A DNA stretch of 57,609 nt, taken from the NCBI GenBank assembly GCA_963575745.1, contig CAUYUJ010000011.1, forward strand, positions 62,001 to 119,609, read 5' to 3'. The notes below the pieces were generated by a model that searched no databases, was not told the DNA's origin, and saw only the letters and a list, made by a program, of their open reading frames with translations. The stretch comes from Prorocentrum cordatum. Lineage: Eukaryota. The position numbers and the translations under genes are program-made. Below, in pieces: positions 35,424 to 57,049 of the stretch. Numbering within the stretch: position 1 is the first letter of the stretch; every line of letters starts with the position of its first letter.

Positions 35424-38400
35424 ATGGTGAAGCTGCCGCCGACACCGCCCACGCAGGGCACCTACACCTTCGCGACGTTCAATGCGAGCGGAGGGCGAAA
35501 GACACTCAAGCAGATGATTCAGCGCACCACGGCGCACATCGTACTCATCCAGGAGACAGGCTTCACGGAGCCCCTGATCGAGTCGCTGCACAGCTGGGCA
35601 GGCAACCGAGGTTGGAAAGTTGCTGCTATACCAGCTCGCCCGACGAGTGGCATGGCACCGTCAGGCGGCACCGCAGTTCTGGCTCGAGCTGATCTAGGGC
35701 TACGACACCCAGATGGCGGTCAACTGGTATACGACCATCGCCTGCAGCACGCGGTGGTCGACCTGCCAGGTTGGCCCAGCCTGTCTCTCTTGAGCGTATA
35801 CCTGAAGGACTCGATCGGCGCGACTGGCGAGAACACTGAAGTTCTTGCAGCTGCTGGTCGAATCATGGCGCGAACGGCTACGCCATGCATCACAGGAGGT
35901 GACTGGAACATGACGGGCCAGGACCTAGAGGACTCAGAGTTTCCACGACTGGCATCGGTGGTGATAGCGATGCCTGATCAAGTCACATTCCGAGGTGGTA
36001 CTGGCTGTTCTACGATAGATTTTTCTGTCTCAACAATGCAGCTCAACGAGGGTTTCGAGGAGTGCAGGTTCAAAGTAGTTGGCACAAGAAAGCTCATCGG
36101 CCAGTCCAACTAAAGATAACAGACAATGGGTACGCGATCCAGCACTGCGTCTACACTGTCACGCAGAGACTACCCGCTGTATTTCCCGCTGGGCCGCGCA
36201 CGAAGCCGATCAACTGGACAGTTCGTGCAGCATTGGCAGATGAAGCAGTACGTGTGGCCCAAGACCCCATGGGTGATGCTGCTGTCGCTTGGGCCTACCT
36301 CACCAGAGTATATGGAAAGTTTGCAGTTACGGTTGCCGAATACATTGCTGCCAACACGTGCACCGAACTAAAGAACAGCGGGGCGTACGGCAAGAACCTG
36401 GAACCTCGTTGGGTCAACGCTGGATACCCCATGAACGTAGGGTCAGACATCCAGGCGATCGGCAAGGGCTGGCAGTGGCTCAGAGAAGGTTTGATCACCA
36501 TCCAGCAGTTATTCTCTAAACCAGATAAGATGGCAGGATGTTCAGAAGAGATAGCTCAATTCATGTCGACACCGTACCCAGGAGCAGGCCTAAGTGGACG
36601 ATTGGATAATGCGGTCGCTCAAGGTCGCCAGGAGATCAATCAGATACCACTCGACTTGCAACGCATTCAAACATTCCTGGATGAGATCGACGATGACGTA
36701 GAACTGGCAAAGAAAGGTCAGGAAAAAGATGCGAATGAGTCGTGGACAGAATGGTGCCGCATTGCTACGAGTGGAGGCGCTCGGCCTCTACACCGCACTA
36801 CAAAAGTTCGAGCTGTCCCCGCGCCAGCTGCTGCCATTGGCATACCATCAGGGGGCCCCGTGGTGATAGTGAAGCAGGAGGTGGCCCTCTACAGAAAGCT
36901 GCGGGGTGCCAGCAGTGAGGCAGCGGCAGCGTGGATCCCAGACAGGAGCAACTGTCCACGACTTGAACCAGATCAAATACGTCGGATCTCGAGGTCTTTT
37001 CCAGCTGCGACTTCGGCAAGTCTAGACAACTTCCACCCGAGGCACGCGGCGATGCTGGACGACGAGGGATTAGAGGTGCTAGCTTCCATCTGGGAAGCGG
37101 CAGAGGCCATAGGGTCTTGCCAAAACGGCGGTGCTGGATACAGATGCCGTTGTCGGGCAAGCCAAGTGGAGGCAACCGCTGGATCATTCTGTATGCGGGT
37201 ATGTACAGGATTTGGCAGAGGGCTCGGCGCGCCATCGTTCAGAGCATGCATAACACGCTGGAGCGGGGGTACTGGGGCGCACGCAAAGGACGATCGGCGA
37301 TTGACTGCGCATGGGCTCAAGCAGCGCGTTCAGAATCTGATCAGGTGACGCGCAGATATGGCATTGTTTTCATTGCGGATTGGTCCAAGTACTACGAGAC
37401 CATCCCTCTGGAAGTTCTGAAGATGAAATTTCTTCGTCATGGAGCGCCCACGTGCTGGCTCAAACTGGCATTCAAAATGTGGATGAGCCCCAGAGTTATC
37501 AGACTTGGCCGACATCACTCAGATGCAGTGCTCTGTGCTCGGCTTGGGTGACGCTTACGCTGACTTAGCCGTCAAAGTCAACACCGTTGACGCTTTTGAC
37601 ATGATGATAAGGAAGTCGCCGACGATAGACTTCCAGAACTACATTGGCGATTCAGGCCTTCACAATTCTTCTTCTGATTACGACATAGCGAAAGGTACGG
37701 CTGTGGAGGGTATCTAGAGTTTCTTCGAGGCTAGCAGGCAGATCAACGCCACCCTGAACGAAGAGAAGCTCGCGATCATCTCGACGCACCAGGCATTGGC
37801 TGCAGCCGTGTGTGACGAGCTTGAGCTCCCGAGGTCGGTGATCAAGCCCAGCGTGTCCTACCTGGGCGTGGACGAGTCTGCTGGCGCAGCTCGGCGACGA
37901 CAACGAGTGCGACTGAAGCAGCAGTCGAGGTTTGTTGCGATGGGAAAAAGGATCCGAAAGGTGCGAGCCATGAGGAAAGGGTTCAAAGGCCCCAAGGAGA
38001 TCCCTTTCAGGAAGATAAATCGCCAGGGTGTGGCCCCTGCAAGCAGCTTTGGAGTTGAGATCCAGGGACTTTCTGATTCTGAGTGGCTAGCGCACCAGCG
38101 GTTGATGAGTAGCTCAGATGCTCCCTCGCACGGCGGAGTTTCACTTTCAGCTAAGGTAGTTTTAAACGGTGATAATAGCGCGAGATTTGCTGTGGCGCCC
38201 GCTATCCAATGGCGCAGGATGGCGTGGTCAGCTGCGACTCGCCCAGAGCACGCCCTTGTAAAGATGGCTGAGCTCGTCTACCTCTGGGAATTATGTCAGG
38301 CCTCCAGCTGTAAAACTTGGCAAGAGTCCAGGGGTCCGATTTCTCGTGCTTGTTTGAGTTTGGCCCGTGCGGGCTGGAAGCACCGTGGCCCCTTAAAATG

Positions 38401-40143
38401 GGTGGACCACAATGGCCATGACGTTGATTTAACGCAGGCCCCGCCGTCGCTTTTAAAAGATATGCTTGAGCTAGGAGTTCAAAGGCAGCCTGAGTTTCGG
38501 TTGGCCCGAAAACTCGGCTTCAACCCAGGGACGCGTGCCACGCTGGACTTAGTGAGAAAAGCTGTGTTTCCGAAAGCCAAGCGCCTGAGTAGGTATCAGA
38601 AGTATCTAATGAAGAGCTGTGGATGCCTAGGATTGTGGACCAAAGATCGCGCTGAGAGGGCGGGGTACCTGTGTGGCGGGCTGTGCGAGTGTGGCGAAAG
38701 GGACACAATCCACCACAGGCTCTACTGCTGTCAGTTACCCAATGTTTTAGAGGCCCGTCAGGCCGCCGAGGTCTCTCCCGAGTTCTTGGCTGCGGCCCGA
38801 GCGGAGCCCGAAAATCTGATTTTCACAACTGGCATTTTCACATATCAGGACAGTGCGCTGCCGTGCCCGTTGGTTTCGTACGAGGTTGACGTCTTGGATC
38901 AGCACGGCAACGCACTTGATTTAACCCCAGAGCAGATCGCCAATCTCACAACGAATGTGCCGCTCCGACTGGCCTCGGATGGATCAGGAAGCAAACCGTT
39001 GTTGAGACCGCTGGAGAGAGCTGCCTGGTCCATCGGAATCCTCACCGACATCGGGGAAGATCCAGTAGCGTTTCTGCGCGGAGTTGTGCCTGGCATGCTC
39101 CCGCAGACTCCCGCCATGGCCGAACACGTAGGCATCGCACTGTGCGGCCAAGTGGCCAGCAGGCCCGCCGAGTTAGGATCAGATTGCAAGGCCGCCATCC
39201 GAGTCACCCAGCAAGACGTGTCGAGGCAGCTAGCGGCAGGTAGCAAATTTGCTGGCATCAGACTTTTTGCGCAGGGATTGGAGGGAACGCCTTTGATTCA
39301 TACAGTGCGTCACGTGAAGGCGCACAGGTCCGAAGAAGAAATGGCGCTGCTCGAAGGCGAAGAGAGACTTTTTGCCGTGGCCAACGCAGCTGTCGACAGG
39401 CAGGCTAAAGCAGCGTTGTCCCTCCACCCTGCGCCAGACGCGGATTTCCTCTCAAATGTGAATATTGCAGCCACCCGTGCGCAGAGTTTCATGAAATTAG
39501 CCGCCGAGGTCCTCCCACTATTCCCCAATGAGGTTAGGTGGAAAAGACGGTGCGGATCAGATCAGGCCGCTCAAAGCGGACTGTCTTTTGGCACTGCTGG
39601 AAGCATGGTGAATTAGGTTTGCAGTGCACCAGATGTCTGCTGGTGGCAGAAGGATCGCCAGACGGAGTCCCAATGAGTGGCTGCAAAGGCGTTCCCAGTC
39701 ACGTCAGTCGGCTGCTCTCGAATCCCCAGGGACATTACCTCATCGCCACTGCTGGTTTGGCTCGGGAAACTGGCGACGGCGCCTCGGTGTGTCAGGTTCG
39801 AGAGCAAACCATAGTTTGTTTGAAGTGTGGAGGGTGGTCTCAAGCAAAGCTTGAGAAATTAGGCCGTCCCTGTGTTGCCCCCACTCGTAAAGGTTTAGAG
39901 GTGATCTCTATGGTGAGGCAAGGGCGGTGCCCGAATCGTCGCGTTTTGGCCTTGCTGGACAAAGCTCTCCCTGTTTCTCGGCTGCGCCGCGACCCGCCCG
40001 AGCCCCATGACACCTCTGACACGAATGTCCGTACGAGTTTTTCGGCCACAGAGACGGCCCCCTCCTTTGAGCAAGGAATGAACGCTTTGGTCGAGCGAAT
40101 TCGGGTGAAGGAGAGCAGCCGAGATGCTCGGTCCAGGGGATAG
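35424..40143 (+). pseudogene. LINE ORF2 polyprotein (APE endonuclease, reverse transcriptase, RNase H, C-terminal Cys motifs), disrupted
   Basis: APE: FATFN, LIQET, SVYL, GGDWN, TIDF, HRPV. RT: KPSGGNRWI, ADWSKYYETI, YIGD (37640-37651; catalytic D replaced by G), YLGV. RNase H: ASDGS, AEH, SDC, HVKAH, NAAVDRQAK. Frameshifts near 36060, 37120, 37545 and 39550; premature TAG at 37715-37717. Confidence 0.92.
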
Positions 40144-40271
40144 TTTCGGGAGTTTTCAAAGGGTTACCCTCTTTTTAACTTCCCCATCCCCGATTCGTAT
40201 CCCAGCTATTTCAAGCTGAGATGATCTAGTGCGATGCACTCCCCCTTCAGGGCGTCCCATTCCATTCCATT

Positions 40272-44850
<4,579 letters not shown>

Positions 44851-44879
44851 ATCCTCCTTCTCCGCCTCTTCGCCCTCCG

Positions 44880-46550
44880 TCAAGATGGCCCCAAGACGGC
44901 CTAAGAGCGCCCCAGGACGGCCACAGGTTCCCGAGAAAGGTGCCCGAGTCGGCTCAAGAGTGCCCCACGATGGCCCCAAAAAGGGGCCCCAAAGAGGGAG
45001 CACGAAGCGAAAATCCGAGCCTTCTGCCCCGAGTGGTCCCCAGGAGGCCCCGAGAGGCGCCCAAGAGGCCCCAAGAGGCGCCCAATAGTTTATGGATGGA
45101 TGGATGGGCGCGGTGGCGGCTGATCATTACTATCACGCCGTAGCTTTTGGCTCCAGGAGTTTAGAGGAGCGAGCTTTAACTCACGGCATCCGCACGCAAC
45201 GGCGGATCACTCCTGAGAGCGTTGGAAAACCCCTATTTGCCTTGACCCCCCTTGCACACTCGTTCGGAGGCCCCAAGAGGCCCCCAAGCGGCCCCAACAC
45301 GGCCCCCAAGAGGCTTCCAAACTGCCTCCAAGGAGGCCCCCGATAGAACCCCCCACTAGATCCCGACGAAGATCCAATAGGCTTCATACCCACAGCCTAC
45401 GCACGGTGGCGGGATGGGCCCAAGGCCATTCGATCCGCCGCCCCCTGTCGATTCATCGCAGGGGTGCCTGGCGTGCCAAATGATATGGTTTTGGTTCCTT
45501 TTCCAAAAGAACTCCCCCTGGGGCTTCGGCCCGTCCCGCCGGGGTCCTGGGAGGCTCTTCCAGGAGCTCAATTCCCCCAAAATCCTCCAAGGCGGCTCAA
45601 GATGGTCTCCAAGATGGTCCAAGATGGCCTCCAAGTCTGCCCAAGATGGTCCAAGACGGCCTCCAAGACGGCCCAAGAGAGGCCAAGACGGCCCAAGACG
45701 GCCCAAGAGGCCCCCCAGAGGCCTCCAAGACGGCCCCAAAGGCCTCCAAGAGGTCCTCCAGGAGAGCCCGAAGAGGCCAAAATCATTGATTTTCCTGAGG
45801 TGTTTGAAGGATTTTGGCGTTCGATTCTTCTCGGATTCCCGACGACCCAAGACGGCCCAAGAGGTCTCCAAGATCGCCCCCACAGCGCCCAAGAGGCCTG
45901 CAAGATTGCCTCAAGATTGCCCAAGAGGCCCCCAAGACGGCCCCAAGAGGGCACAAAGACGACCCAAGAGGCCTCCAATACGCCCAAGATGGTCTCTAAG
46001 ACGGCCCTGGAGCGCTCCAAGTCGGCCCAGAAAAGGCCCCCTCAACGGCTTCCGACGGCGTCAGACGGGCCAGGAGCCCACCAAGATAGCCGAAGTTGGC
46101 TCGAAGCTGGCCCAAGACTGCCCACGAGGCCTCCAAGAGGGCCTCCAGGAAGGCCAGAAAAGGCCAACTATATTGACTTGCCTTCGGTTTTTCAATGATT
46201 TTGAGATTTGCTTCGTTTCGGCCTTCCGACGGCCCGATACGGCCCAAGAACCCCCAAAGATCGCCCAAGAAGCCTCCAAGATGGCCCCAAAACGGCCCAA
46301 GAGGCCCCCAAGACGGCCCCAAGAGACCCCAAGGACGGCCCAGGAGGCGTTTAAGACGCCCAAGAAGGCCCCCAAGACGGCCCTGGAGCATTCCAAGAGG
46401 GCCCCAAGTCGGCCCAATGAGGCCCCCTAAACGGCTTCCGACAGCGTCAGGCGGGCCAGGAGCCCACCAAGACGGCCGAAGATGGCCCTAAGATGGCCCA
46501 AGACGGGCCACGAGGCCACCAAGAGAGCCTCCAGGCAGGCCCGACAAGGC
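44880..46550 (+). repeat. CCCAAGA/GGCCC-rich dispersed repeat block
   Basis: Same motif family as 7800-9360, with internal ~400-bp duplications (e.g. ~46000-46200 versus ~46375-46560). Confidence 0.8.
45137..45156 (+). other. Relict DinoSL-like sequence
   Basis: GCCGTAGC--TTTTGGCTCCAG: a 2-nt deletion and one mismatch relative to DinoSL. Confidence 0.6.
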
Positions 46551-46699
46551 CCAAATTTCCGATTTCCCTGAATCCCCCGCGCTTGTAACATGTTGGGTAT
46601 CCTCATTTGTCTTGCCCCCATCGCTCGCGGCATTTACCCCTGCGTCTTCATCCCGCGTGTTATCCTGGCCCCGCGGGTGCCGCTGTTCCCCTGGCCACC

Positions 46700-47650
46700 A
46701 GCGGCAGTCGTCGTCGGCGGAACCTGCGTCATTCCACTCGCGTTCACCTTCCCATCTGCTGGCGTTAACGTTGTAAACACCTCCGAACGCCGTGACACCG
46801 TTGCTCTGCGCGCCCGCGTTTGAACTCCATTTCCGGGCCCAACCCTCGCATTTCGCATGCAGCTTCTGATAGTTCTCATAGGTTAGCGAGTCAGGAATTC
46901 GGAAAAAGTCCCGGTGCCAATCCACGGTCCAGTCACTGGCGCGTGACGCGATGGTTCGTAACGCGGCGACGCGGGACGGCAGGTTCAACGCGCGCGCTGG
47001 CCCGTACCTCTCCAGCACTACCACTAATGCCGCTCACTGCTCTAATTGTAATGCCACGTCTCCGTCTCGTTGGGTGTGTCTGGGTCCGTGGCCAAGCTCA
47101 TCACGGCTGAAAGGGCAACGGCGAGAACTGCCGAATACCATTTTTTTTCGGTGCGCCTGCAGTTCGTATCCTTCGCGTGGCCCCTTTCAAGTTTCCTCGC
47201 GGCTCTACCCCGCCCTGCTTGTCGTTGAGTGCACCACGGGTCCTCACCTGACTTGTTCACTTGATCGCTCCCAAGTTCACCTTTGTCGTCATCGCCATGT
47301 TGCTTCGTCGCTGACGCGTCTGTGTATACAGCCGCCGTGAACCGACAGCTGAGTATCCTCGCCATGTCGTCTTCGCACTCGTCTAACACACATCACCCAT
47401 GTTCCAGCTTTTTGTTTACGTTTTCGAATGCCTTGCGGTAGCTCGGACTGACCAGTGCAAGGGCGTTAAGGAGCTTCTCGCCCCATTCGCTGAACTTGCC
47501 TCGATCACCAGCGAATGTCTTTAAATGCTTCAAAGCCTTGTATTTGCTGACTGGCTTGGTACCCAGGTGCGCCGGTTTGTGCTGGCTCTCCGCTATGGAC
47601 CCCGCTATCATGGTAACGCTGTCCAATGTGTTTTTTCTGTGCGTCCAATT
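46700..47650 (-). pseudogene. Decayed gag-like fragment of a retroelement
   Basis: Broken minus-strand peptides YKALKHLKTFAGDRGKFSEWGEKLLNAL, KWYSAVLAVALS..ATDPDTP and LERYG..LP...AALR resemble retrotransposon gag N-terminal motifs (F-x-G-x3-F-x2-W). Recognised by pattern only. Confidence 0.5.
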
Positions 47651-50600
47651 TGTCGTTTAGGTGTTCACATGTCCTGAAAATGTGTTCGATTCGTTCTCGG
47701 CGTACGTGCTCCTATTCACTACACTTAGTAACAACGAAATATATTCTGGGCCATGAGCAGTAGTCCATAGTCTTCGCTGGTAACCGTTCCCATTTCGGTG
47801 GCGGCCTGCTGTTCACTGAACTCTGTCATGTCCGCATGGTTGGCTCGTAACGCGACGCTCACGGAACTGTAGTTCCCGTTGTAGGAAGCAACCTCGCACA
47901 ACTCCGTGGACTGGGCCGGGCTAAGGTCGAACCGCCTGTCCCTGTGTCCGGGCCGTGTTCAATTCACGCCCTGGATTTCCTGGCCCTACAGCGGCCACGG
48001 CAGCGCCAGCGCCCGCCGATGCTCTCGAGTTAACCTCGCTCCGCTACCAGGCACAGCCTCGGGGAGGATAAGCACGGGAAAGATAACGATGTTTTCCCAA
48101 ACCGATACGCTCGACACGGACGTTACAGAACAACCGCCTGAGCCAAACGGCGTCGATCGCGACGCACGTTCGGCAACACTAATCCTACCATGATCCTGAC
48201 CAAGTCACCCTCGTTATAATTAACACTTTTTGTTCCTCCAACTTCTCCTCCTCCTCCGCCTCCTCCTCCTCCGCCTCCTCCTCCTCGGGCCCAGGCCTGC
48301 CGGTTCAGCGGCGTGGCTCCACCGGCGGGAGCCTGGCGCGCTCGCCAGACAGGGAGGAAGGGAAGGGTACGGGAGGGACGGACGTGAAAGGAGGAGGGAG
48401 GGGGGGAGGGAGGAAGGGAGGGAGGAGGGAGGATAGAGAGGGGAGCAGGGAGGTTGGTTGTTTCGTGTCAAGGGAGGCGGATACTGTCGGACCTGCGGGT
48501 CACGACGGGTCCTGGCGTTTGCCCCGCCTGCCGTAGAAGTCCCAAAACATGGGAGACGGGCGGACGCAGGGAAGAGGGCCATAGGGCGGCGATGAAGACC
48601 CCCCAGCGCATCGAAAGCCCAAGACAACATAGACTGTGAACAGCACCGCTTCCGAAGGGCCATCTGGCCATGACGGACCCAGTCCACAGCTGAGTCATTG
48701 GTCACCATCCATGGCTGCTCCAGCCCGAAACTTGGACTGGAGACCCATTCCTGAGACGCTTCTGTGGGGATGTGCAGGGCAGGCGCAGACCGCGTGAACT
48801 GCTTCAGCCTGGCCTCGGTGTGGCCCCGTGCTAAGGACGAAGGATACCACAGCCTTCCCTGCCGTGGGGGACAGGTCGGACCGGTCGGGAAGCGGGGCAG
48901 GGGCAAGACAGAGGGCACTCTGCAACGTCACCCTGCCTGATCCGCCAGGTCTCGCCTGTCCGTTGAGGAGGATGGATGGAGGGAGGGAGGGGCACGGGAG
49001 GGACGGACGAGGGAGGGAGGAAGGATGGGGGAGGAGGAGGAGGAGGAGGAGGAGGAGGAGGAGGAGGAAGAGGAGGGGAGGAGGGACGCTGGTTGGTCGG
49101 TGCCTAGGGAGGCGAGCTTTGGCGGGCCTGCGGGCGTAGGATCCTTTCTGGTCGCCCTGGGGAGGGAGGGAGGTGCACCCCGCCCAGAGGGGGTCCCGAC
49201 CGGCCGGGCGCGTGCCCCGCCGGCCACGGAGGCATGAGGCCACGGGCACCGGACAGACATGGGCAGGAGAGGGCCGCGGGGCGGCGGCAGGAGACTCCCC
49301 GGCGGCCTGGAGCGATTCGGGGGCGCCTCCGGCCCCTCTCGGGGCCGCCTCGGGGCGTAGCTGGTCCCGTGTGGCCGCCGCTTGGCGGTCTCGGAGGCCT
49401 CTTGGGCCCCCGTGGAGCCTCAAGCCGGCAAGGCGAGAAGGCCGAAAATCTCCAGCTGCCGCAGGGAATCAATGACTTCTGCCTCTTGGGACGCCTCTTG
49501 GGACGCCTCGGGGGGCGCACTGGGGGTATCGAGGGCTTCGAAAGCCCGAGGCGGCACAGCCTGGGGGCAACATCGCCCCCGTGAGCAGTGCGCCGCCGCC
49601 GCCGCGAAGACTCTTCCCGTCGGCGGGGGGGCAGAGCTGGCTGCACCAGCGGTAGAGCTAGACGGGGGCACCGAGAAGCGGGTTGGCCAGCGTGCGCCCG
49701 TCCCGAAGACAGTCCAGCGGGGATGCGCGGTCCGGGCGCAGACCGCTCAGAAGGGGGGCGTGTGAAACTGATCCAGCCAGGGCTTCGGTGAAGCACCGCG
49801 CGATGGGCACGCCTCCCGCGCCGTGGGGCGCACGAGGCCCGGGCCCGCACCGAGGAAGCCGCCACCGGGCCGCTGGGCACGCAGCGGCTCACTCCTCACT
49901 CCTGGGGCTCCACAGGGGGCCCCGACCCCGAACCCTCAAGTCTCTTGGGGCCTCTGGCGCTTGGGAAATGGCGGCGCGTGAACTGGCTGCTCGGGTCCAG
50001 GAAGGCCCAAACCCGGCCCTGCAAAAGGAAGTGTCCCCGGCATGCCGGCATGCCGGGGACAGACGTGCCCGGCATGCCGGGGACACCTGCCCCCAGAATG
50101 CCACCAAATAGTAAAACGGAAAACGTGCTTGGGGAGTCCTTTTCCCGCCCAAGACGTGCCAAGAGGGCCCCAAGAGGCCCCGAAGGCGGCCCACGAGAGC
50201 CCCGAGTCGCCGAAAGATCGGCCCAAGACGCCCTCCTCCTGCTCCTCTTCCTCCTGCTCCTCCTCCTGCTCATCCTCCTCCTCCGCCTCCTCGGCCCCCT
50301 CCTCCTCCTCCTCCTCCTCCTCCTCCTCCTCTTCCTCCTCCTCCTCCTCCTCCTCCTCCTCCGCTTCCTCCTCCTCCTCCTCCTCCTCCTCCTCCTCCTC
50401 CTCCTCGCCATCTTCGAGACCACCTGGAGCTATCTTGAGCCCTCGTGAAGCTATCCTTGACCACATTGAGTCCTCGGGCCGCTTGCAGAGCACCTTTCCA
50501 AACCCAGGGAAGGACTTCGGAAAAGCGTCGAAGAAAAAGCAAGCCCTTCCGTCAAATAATCAGACTGTGCGACAGGGCGACCCTCCTTAACCCCTGAAGC

Positions 50601-51359
50601 CGCAAGGGGCGATTCGAAAAGGAGGGGAGTGCATCCTGAACAACCTTCATGTTCCTCCCTGCTGTTTCCCCTCCTCGCCTTCGTCTGCCCTTCCACGAGT
50701 AGACCTGAATGTCGTAGACATGTCTTGTTTTGTTTGTAGGTGTTATTGTGCCCGTTGATTTCGCTAAGCCACTACTAACATCATTGTGTGGGAAGCTCCG
50801 GTCGCAAAACTTTATTCAGCTTTGGGAAAGGCCTTGCTCAATAAAGAGTGCGGTGCAGGATTAGAGGCAAACACGTCGAGCACCACAGAGTTCTGTTGTA
50901 TCAGCTTGGGGGGGCCTTGTCTAGTAGAGGGTGATGCGCAGGAGGAGGGCCACGTCTAGCACCGAGGAGTTCTTTGATCAGCTTGGGGAGGGGCCCTGTC
51001 CAAGAGAAGATGCCGCGCAACAGAAGGGGGCCTGTGCAGGGGGGCAGGGGCACATCTGGCACCAGAGAACCGTCTTCTCCCGAACAGTGTTTGCACTCAG
51101 GGATGGGTTCGTATCACCATAAGAGTCGGGAGCGGCCAAGAGGGGGGTGTCCAAGGGGGGGGGGGTGCAAATCATGACGGGCGGCATGTGCGCGGCCCAG
51201 CGGGGGGGGGCCAGGGACGTAATGAAACAAGAAGAGGCGCCATGACATCTGGGGAAATATCATGGCCCCCGCCATGATGTCCACCCCCTCCTCGTCATCC
51301 CCCCCCTCTTTCCCCCCCCCCCCCCCGAAGAAGAAGCGGGTGGGTCCGCCGAGATCTCG

Positions 51360-52335
51360 CCGCGACGCCGCCGTGGCTCCCTCGTGACCGCCACCCTGCC
51401 GCCCACTCGGGGGCGTCCGCCGAGGCTCCGCCGCCGCCGCCGCCCGCGGCCGCCCCGCGGCCGCCCTTTCCTGGGGGGGCGATCGCCGAGGCTTCGCCGC
51501 GCCGCCGCCTCGGGGCCCCCTCCAGAGGCCCCCGCACCCATCGGTTCGGCCGCCATTTCTTGGGGGCGCGCGCCGAGGCTTCGCCGCGCCGCCGCCTCGG
51601 GCCCCCCTCCAGGCCCCCCCGTGCCCATCGGTCGGAAGAGGCAGGGTAGAAACATGGAGCAGGAAGGCGCTGGACACAGACTGGGCTTTTCCGCCCGCCT
51701 CCGGAAGAGAGGCGGGAACGAGGGAAAGACCACTCGCCTCTTGAAGCAGGAAGGCGCTGAGAGCAGATGGGAACCTGGGCATCCAAAAACACCTGCTCTC
51801 AACGACCGATGGGCACTGCTTGGGCCCGCCGAGGCCCCGCCGCCTCGTGGCCGCCCCTGCTGCCTCCCGCTCCGGGGGGGGGGCGCCCGCCGAGGCCTCG
51901 CCGCGCCGCCGCCCGCCGGCCTCTCCCCGCGGCCGCCCCCCGCGGCTGCCCGCTCGGGGGGGCTCCGGCGGAGGGCGGCCGCGCCGCCGCCCGTCGGCCG
52001 CCTCGTGGCCTCCGCGGCTGCCCGCTCGGGGCGTCCAGCGGAGGGGGGCCGCGTCGCCGCCCGCGGCCGCCTCGCCCACCCTGCGGTGGCCCGTCGGGGC
52101 GCCGCGGCATCGCCGCCCCGTGGGCCGCCTCGCCGCCGCCCGATGGGTCCGCCGAGGCGTCGCCGCGTCGCCGCGCGCGGCCGCCGCGCTGCCGTGCCGA
52201 GGCTTCGCCACACGTGGCCGCCCGGTGCTGCCCAGTGCCGCCTCGTTGCCGCCTGGGGGGTCCGCCGAGGATGCGCCGCTGCACCGCCACCCTCGAGGCC
52301 CACGCGCGGGGGCCGCCCAGCCGAGGCGACGAAGG
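51360..52335. repeat. Very GC-rich degenerate tandem repeats (ccgaggcttcgccgcgccgccgcc units)
   Basis: The motif recurs at ~51420, 51486, 51573, 51890, 52150 and 52197. Confidence 0.65.
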
Positions 52336-52369
52336 CCCTTTCCCCGAAGGCTAGCTGCCGCTGCATCAG

Positions 52370-56230
<3,861 letters not shown>

Positions 56231-57049
56231 CGCGCCGCCGACGCGCGCACCTATTGCCCTCTCACGCCCCATCCCACGCAGGACCCGATCGTTAGAAGAA
56301 GTACCCCCTAGAGAGGAGTCGTATTATTCCCCGCTTCTGCGACGCCTTCAGCCTGCGCGTGCGATATTCGGACCCCTGCGGGGGAGAAAATGGTAAGTGC
56401 GGGTAAAAGTGCCACTGGCCCCGGCGGCCCTGGGAGAAGTCCCAAAAAACGAAAGATTATGTTTCTCCAATCAGGAACCTTGTCGACCGTGGCGGAGGAC
56501 CATCGACCCTCGACCCTGGATCCTCAATCCTACCTTCCATTCTTCGCTGCCTGAATCCCTCCCCCCTACCTCTCCGAATGGAAGGCAGACCGTGAAAACA
56601 CTGAAACTCCCGCAAACCACTCTCCCCACTCTCCACTCCAGGTGTAGCGCCACCCAGGTGACTAGCCCTCGGTGGAATCAGCCTTGCTCTCCAAAAGTCT
56701 CTCCCTCCCTCCTCCTCCTCCTCCTCCTCCTCCTCCTCCTCCTCCTCCTCCTCCCTCCTCCTCGGCCTCCTCCTCCTCGTCTTATTATTATGATTCGTCT
56801 TCTTTTTGTTCTTACTCTGCTCATGATTGTTATTATGATTATTACCCGCATTATCATTCATTATGGCTTGCAGCATCAGCAGCAGCAGCAGCAGCAGCAG
56901 CATCAGCATCAGCATCATCAGCACCATCATCATTAGTATTCGTATTGTCAGTCTTAGTATTATTAATCGTATTCTTCCCCATTTCCTAAGATGGGGTTCT
57001 TGTTATTACTCGGACGCCGCCGACTCCAGATAACCAGAGAGAACACACC

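Larger units (their letters stand above)
34151..40271 (+). mobile_element. Full-length non-LTR (LINE-like) retrotransposon with APE, RT and RNase H; 5' DinoSL and 3' (CCATT)3 tail
   Basis: ORF1 + ORF2 architecture. Tail at 40257-40271. Candidate TSD tcctcctccgcctcc at 34139-34153 and 40271-40285. About 6.1 kb of complex sequence sharply bounded by (CCT)n. Confidence 0.93.

Noticed and set aside
35424..40143. Active element using programmed frameshifts
   Set aside because: Four frame changes, a premature TAG and loss of a catalytic Asp indicate decay or assembly errors rather than recoding.
50580..51160. Possible 3' end of another retroelement (14-nt inverted match gatgcactcccc to the LINE 3' UTR)
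   Set aside because: The match is too short and there is no convincing protein motif.
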